From Octopus bimaculoides (taxonomy: Eukaryota), in contig NC_068996.1 in assembly GCF_001194135.2 (NCBI RefSeq), positions 7,201,892 through 7,236,474 on the forward strand: a stretch of 34,583 nt of DNA, given 5' to 3'. The position numbers and the translations under genes were made by a program. Below are positions 32,809 through 34,583 of the stretch, piece after piece. The number at the start of each line of letters is the position of its first letter. The first letter of the stretch is position 1. The notes beneath the pieces were generated by a model, which saw nothing but the letters and a program-made list of their open reading frames with translations, was not told where the DNA came from and searched no databases.

Positions 32809-33449
32809 GTGTATATACATAATGCTCACATATGATAGGCTTTCATACAGTATCCATCACACACAAGACTGTAGTATTAGATGAGTGCTCAAGGTGTGAT
32901 TGAACCTAAAATGATTTGCTTGAAAAGCAAACTCATCACTCACACAGCCATTCCTGTTCTGTGAAGATAAAAATAATTTATTTTTGCAATGTCTAGTAAA
33001 ATGTAATGTTCATGAATGTTAGACATTATGGCTATGGTATATATAACCTGTATATCATGACATTTATTGGAAGCAAAAGCAAAGAATATTTCTTGCAAGA
33101 AATATATATTATATTGAAATATATAAATATTTTATATTTAATATCGATTCGTGAACATTACTCTGGAAACACAAATTATGTAACAATATGTGTGCGAATT
33201 TGTTCATCTTCAGATTGTTAAAGGGTTCATCATCTCATTCATATCAGTTAGTAATTTTTTATAAAATTCTCAGAAAATTCTTTAAAAAAATTTAAACATT
33301 CAAAAGAAGCTCATGGAAAGTTATTGATTTGTCAAAATGGGTCGCGTTGATAAAATGTTGGGAATCCATGCTCACAGTATGATCAATAGAAGCTGATAGG
33401 TTTTTATCATTTCATCACCTTGAAAACTACTTGGTTAGCATCAGCTAAA

Positions 33450-33685
33450 TAGAACTGTACTTATAGAACTGTTCTTAAAGAAATTACGTTTATTTCAGTT
33501 ATTCTCTCTATTTATAGAACTGTATCCATTTATTTAGAGGACTCGTTTTGGGAAGTGCATGTGTATGTTATATATATATATTTCTATTTATTTATAGAAC
33601 TGTATCTATTATTTGGAAATATATTTATAAATCTGTCTCTCTGTATTATATGACAATATGTTTTCTGTTTATTTATAGAACTAGT
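33450..33685. repeat. Degenerate ~80-bp tandem repeat with conserved TTTATAGAACT core
   Basis: TTTATAGAAC at 33511, 33591 and 33672 (spacing 80, 81), plus partial copies near 33450 and 33462. Confidence 0.55.
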
Positions 33686-34179
33686 TTAATTCACATTTTG
33701 CTGCTTTTGTTTATCTAGACTAAAGCACGTATTTACTGTTCAATTGTAGTTTAATCATCTCTAAAGGGAAACAAAATTAATTGTTGAGACTGAAGATCAT
33801 AATGAAAGCCAGCAGTAGATTCTTTATAAATGGTTTTAATAAATTAGTTGAAGATTATGACTTCAGTGTCAGAAGAATGAGAAAAAGTTTTGCAATCAGA
33901 TAATTCCCATTTCATTGAAAGTTGATATCAAAACTATTTCATACATATATATTCATGCCCAACATTTAAAACTATTAAATATTTTTATTGTAAAAAAACA
34001 GTAAAAACAAGTGTTAAACAGGATTTGGATTTATTTTATACAAAATTATTGTGAATTATGGCTGTGTTATGTTACTAAAGAACCAAGCAGAAATAGTGTA
34101 ACAAGGAAGTGTCTATGTCATGACAGGTCTTTTTGTTTGTTGTGCCAATTTATTGGAAATATCCTTACCTTCATACCTT

Positions 34180-34252
34180 CATACCTACCTATCTATCTGT
34201 TTACCTACCTACATATCCATCTATTTACCTACCTATCTATCTATCTATCTAT
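34180..34252. repeat. (TACC)n/(CTAT)n tetranucleotide microsatellite
   Basis: Directly visible. Ends with five perfect CTAT units at 34233-34252. Confidence 0.9.
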
Positions 34253-34253
34253 A

Positions 34254-34583
34254 ACGAGCTGTATTGTCAAATGCCAGACTTGTTTGGCGACCTCTTGGCA
34301 TCAGTCTACTGCAACTGGCAACAAAACGGGAGAATTCCCGGTTTCGTGAGCCGAGGTGCAGTGACATTGCTGAAGAAAGACCCAAACAAGGGGAATTTTA
34401 TAGATAATTTCAGGCCCATCACTCTGCTCAACGCAGACTTGAAAATTTTGGCCAAAGTAATAGCCGAGAGGTTGGCGCTTGTCATCGATAAACTGGTCGA
34501 CAGGGCGCAAACATGCGCCGTGCCGGGCAGAAGTATCCATGACAACCTCCACCTCATGCGCTACATCATGGACAGGGTAGTTA
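34254..34583 (+). mobile_element. Young 5'-truncated Tx1/L1-clade LINE, start of the reverse transcriptase domain (runs off window)
   Basis: Uninterrupted plus frame missed by the ORF track (no stop): ELYCQMPDLFGDLLASVYCNWQQNGRIPGFVSRGAVTLLKKDPNKGNFIDNFRPITLLNADLKILAKVIAERLALVIDKLVDRAQTCAVPGRSIHDNLHLMRYIMDRVV. RPITLLN.D.KILAK and QT..VPGRSI.DN are typical of Tx1/L1 RTs. Abrupt GC/CpG rise. Confidence 0.9.

Larger units (their letters stand above)
10861..34583 (+). other. Large phase-1 intron of the adenylate cyclase gene (extends beyond window)
   Basis: Canonical GTAAGA donor directly after ...EEGEDCE-G. Coding character ends abruptly there. I could not find an in-frame (G)xKTY(F/L)I-like exon behind any strong acceptor I checked. 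Confidence 0.75.

Noticed and set aside
33925-33960. DIKTISY as a match to the next AC9 exon
   Set aside because: Only IKT matches, there is no suitable in-phase acceptor, and the downstream translation is low-complexity.

Overview
AT-rich, microsatellite-laden animal genomic DNA with two N gaps. It is most likely an octopod cephalopod; this is inferred from the repeat landscape and not proven. The one host gene is a transmembrane adenylate cyclase of the type 9 (ADCY9/Ac13E) lineage. It is seen as a single giant 1,507-nt coding exon (9354-10860, +) encoding the N-terminus, six TM helices and the whole C1a catalytic half. A phase-1 intron follows and runs off the window; I found no second exon. 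The CpG-retaining 7.4-9.3 kb region is the probable promoter/5'UTR. Nearly everything else is transposon-derived: RTE LINE remnants of two lineages and their short 3'-tail derivatives, at least four tRNA-derived SINE families, TTAA/piggyBac-type MITEs (tandem and nested), a complete but dead 1.25-kb DD41D (rosa-type) Tc1/mariner, and a young 5'-truncated Tx1/L1-clade LINE at the right edge. All other ORF-track entries are microsatellite, gap or transposon read-throughs. I see no CRISPR or prokaryote-like system. The best leads are a possible (CTAT)n-targeting Tx1, a transposon that captured its flanking minisatellite, SINE-in-SINE and MITE-in-MITE nesting, and intronic fold-back hairpins that could be ADAR or small-RNA substrates.
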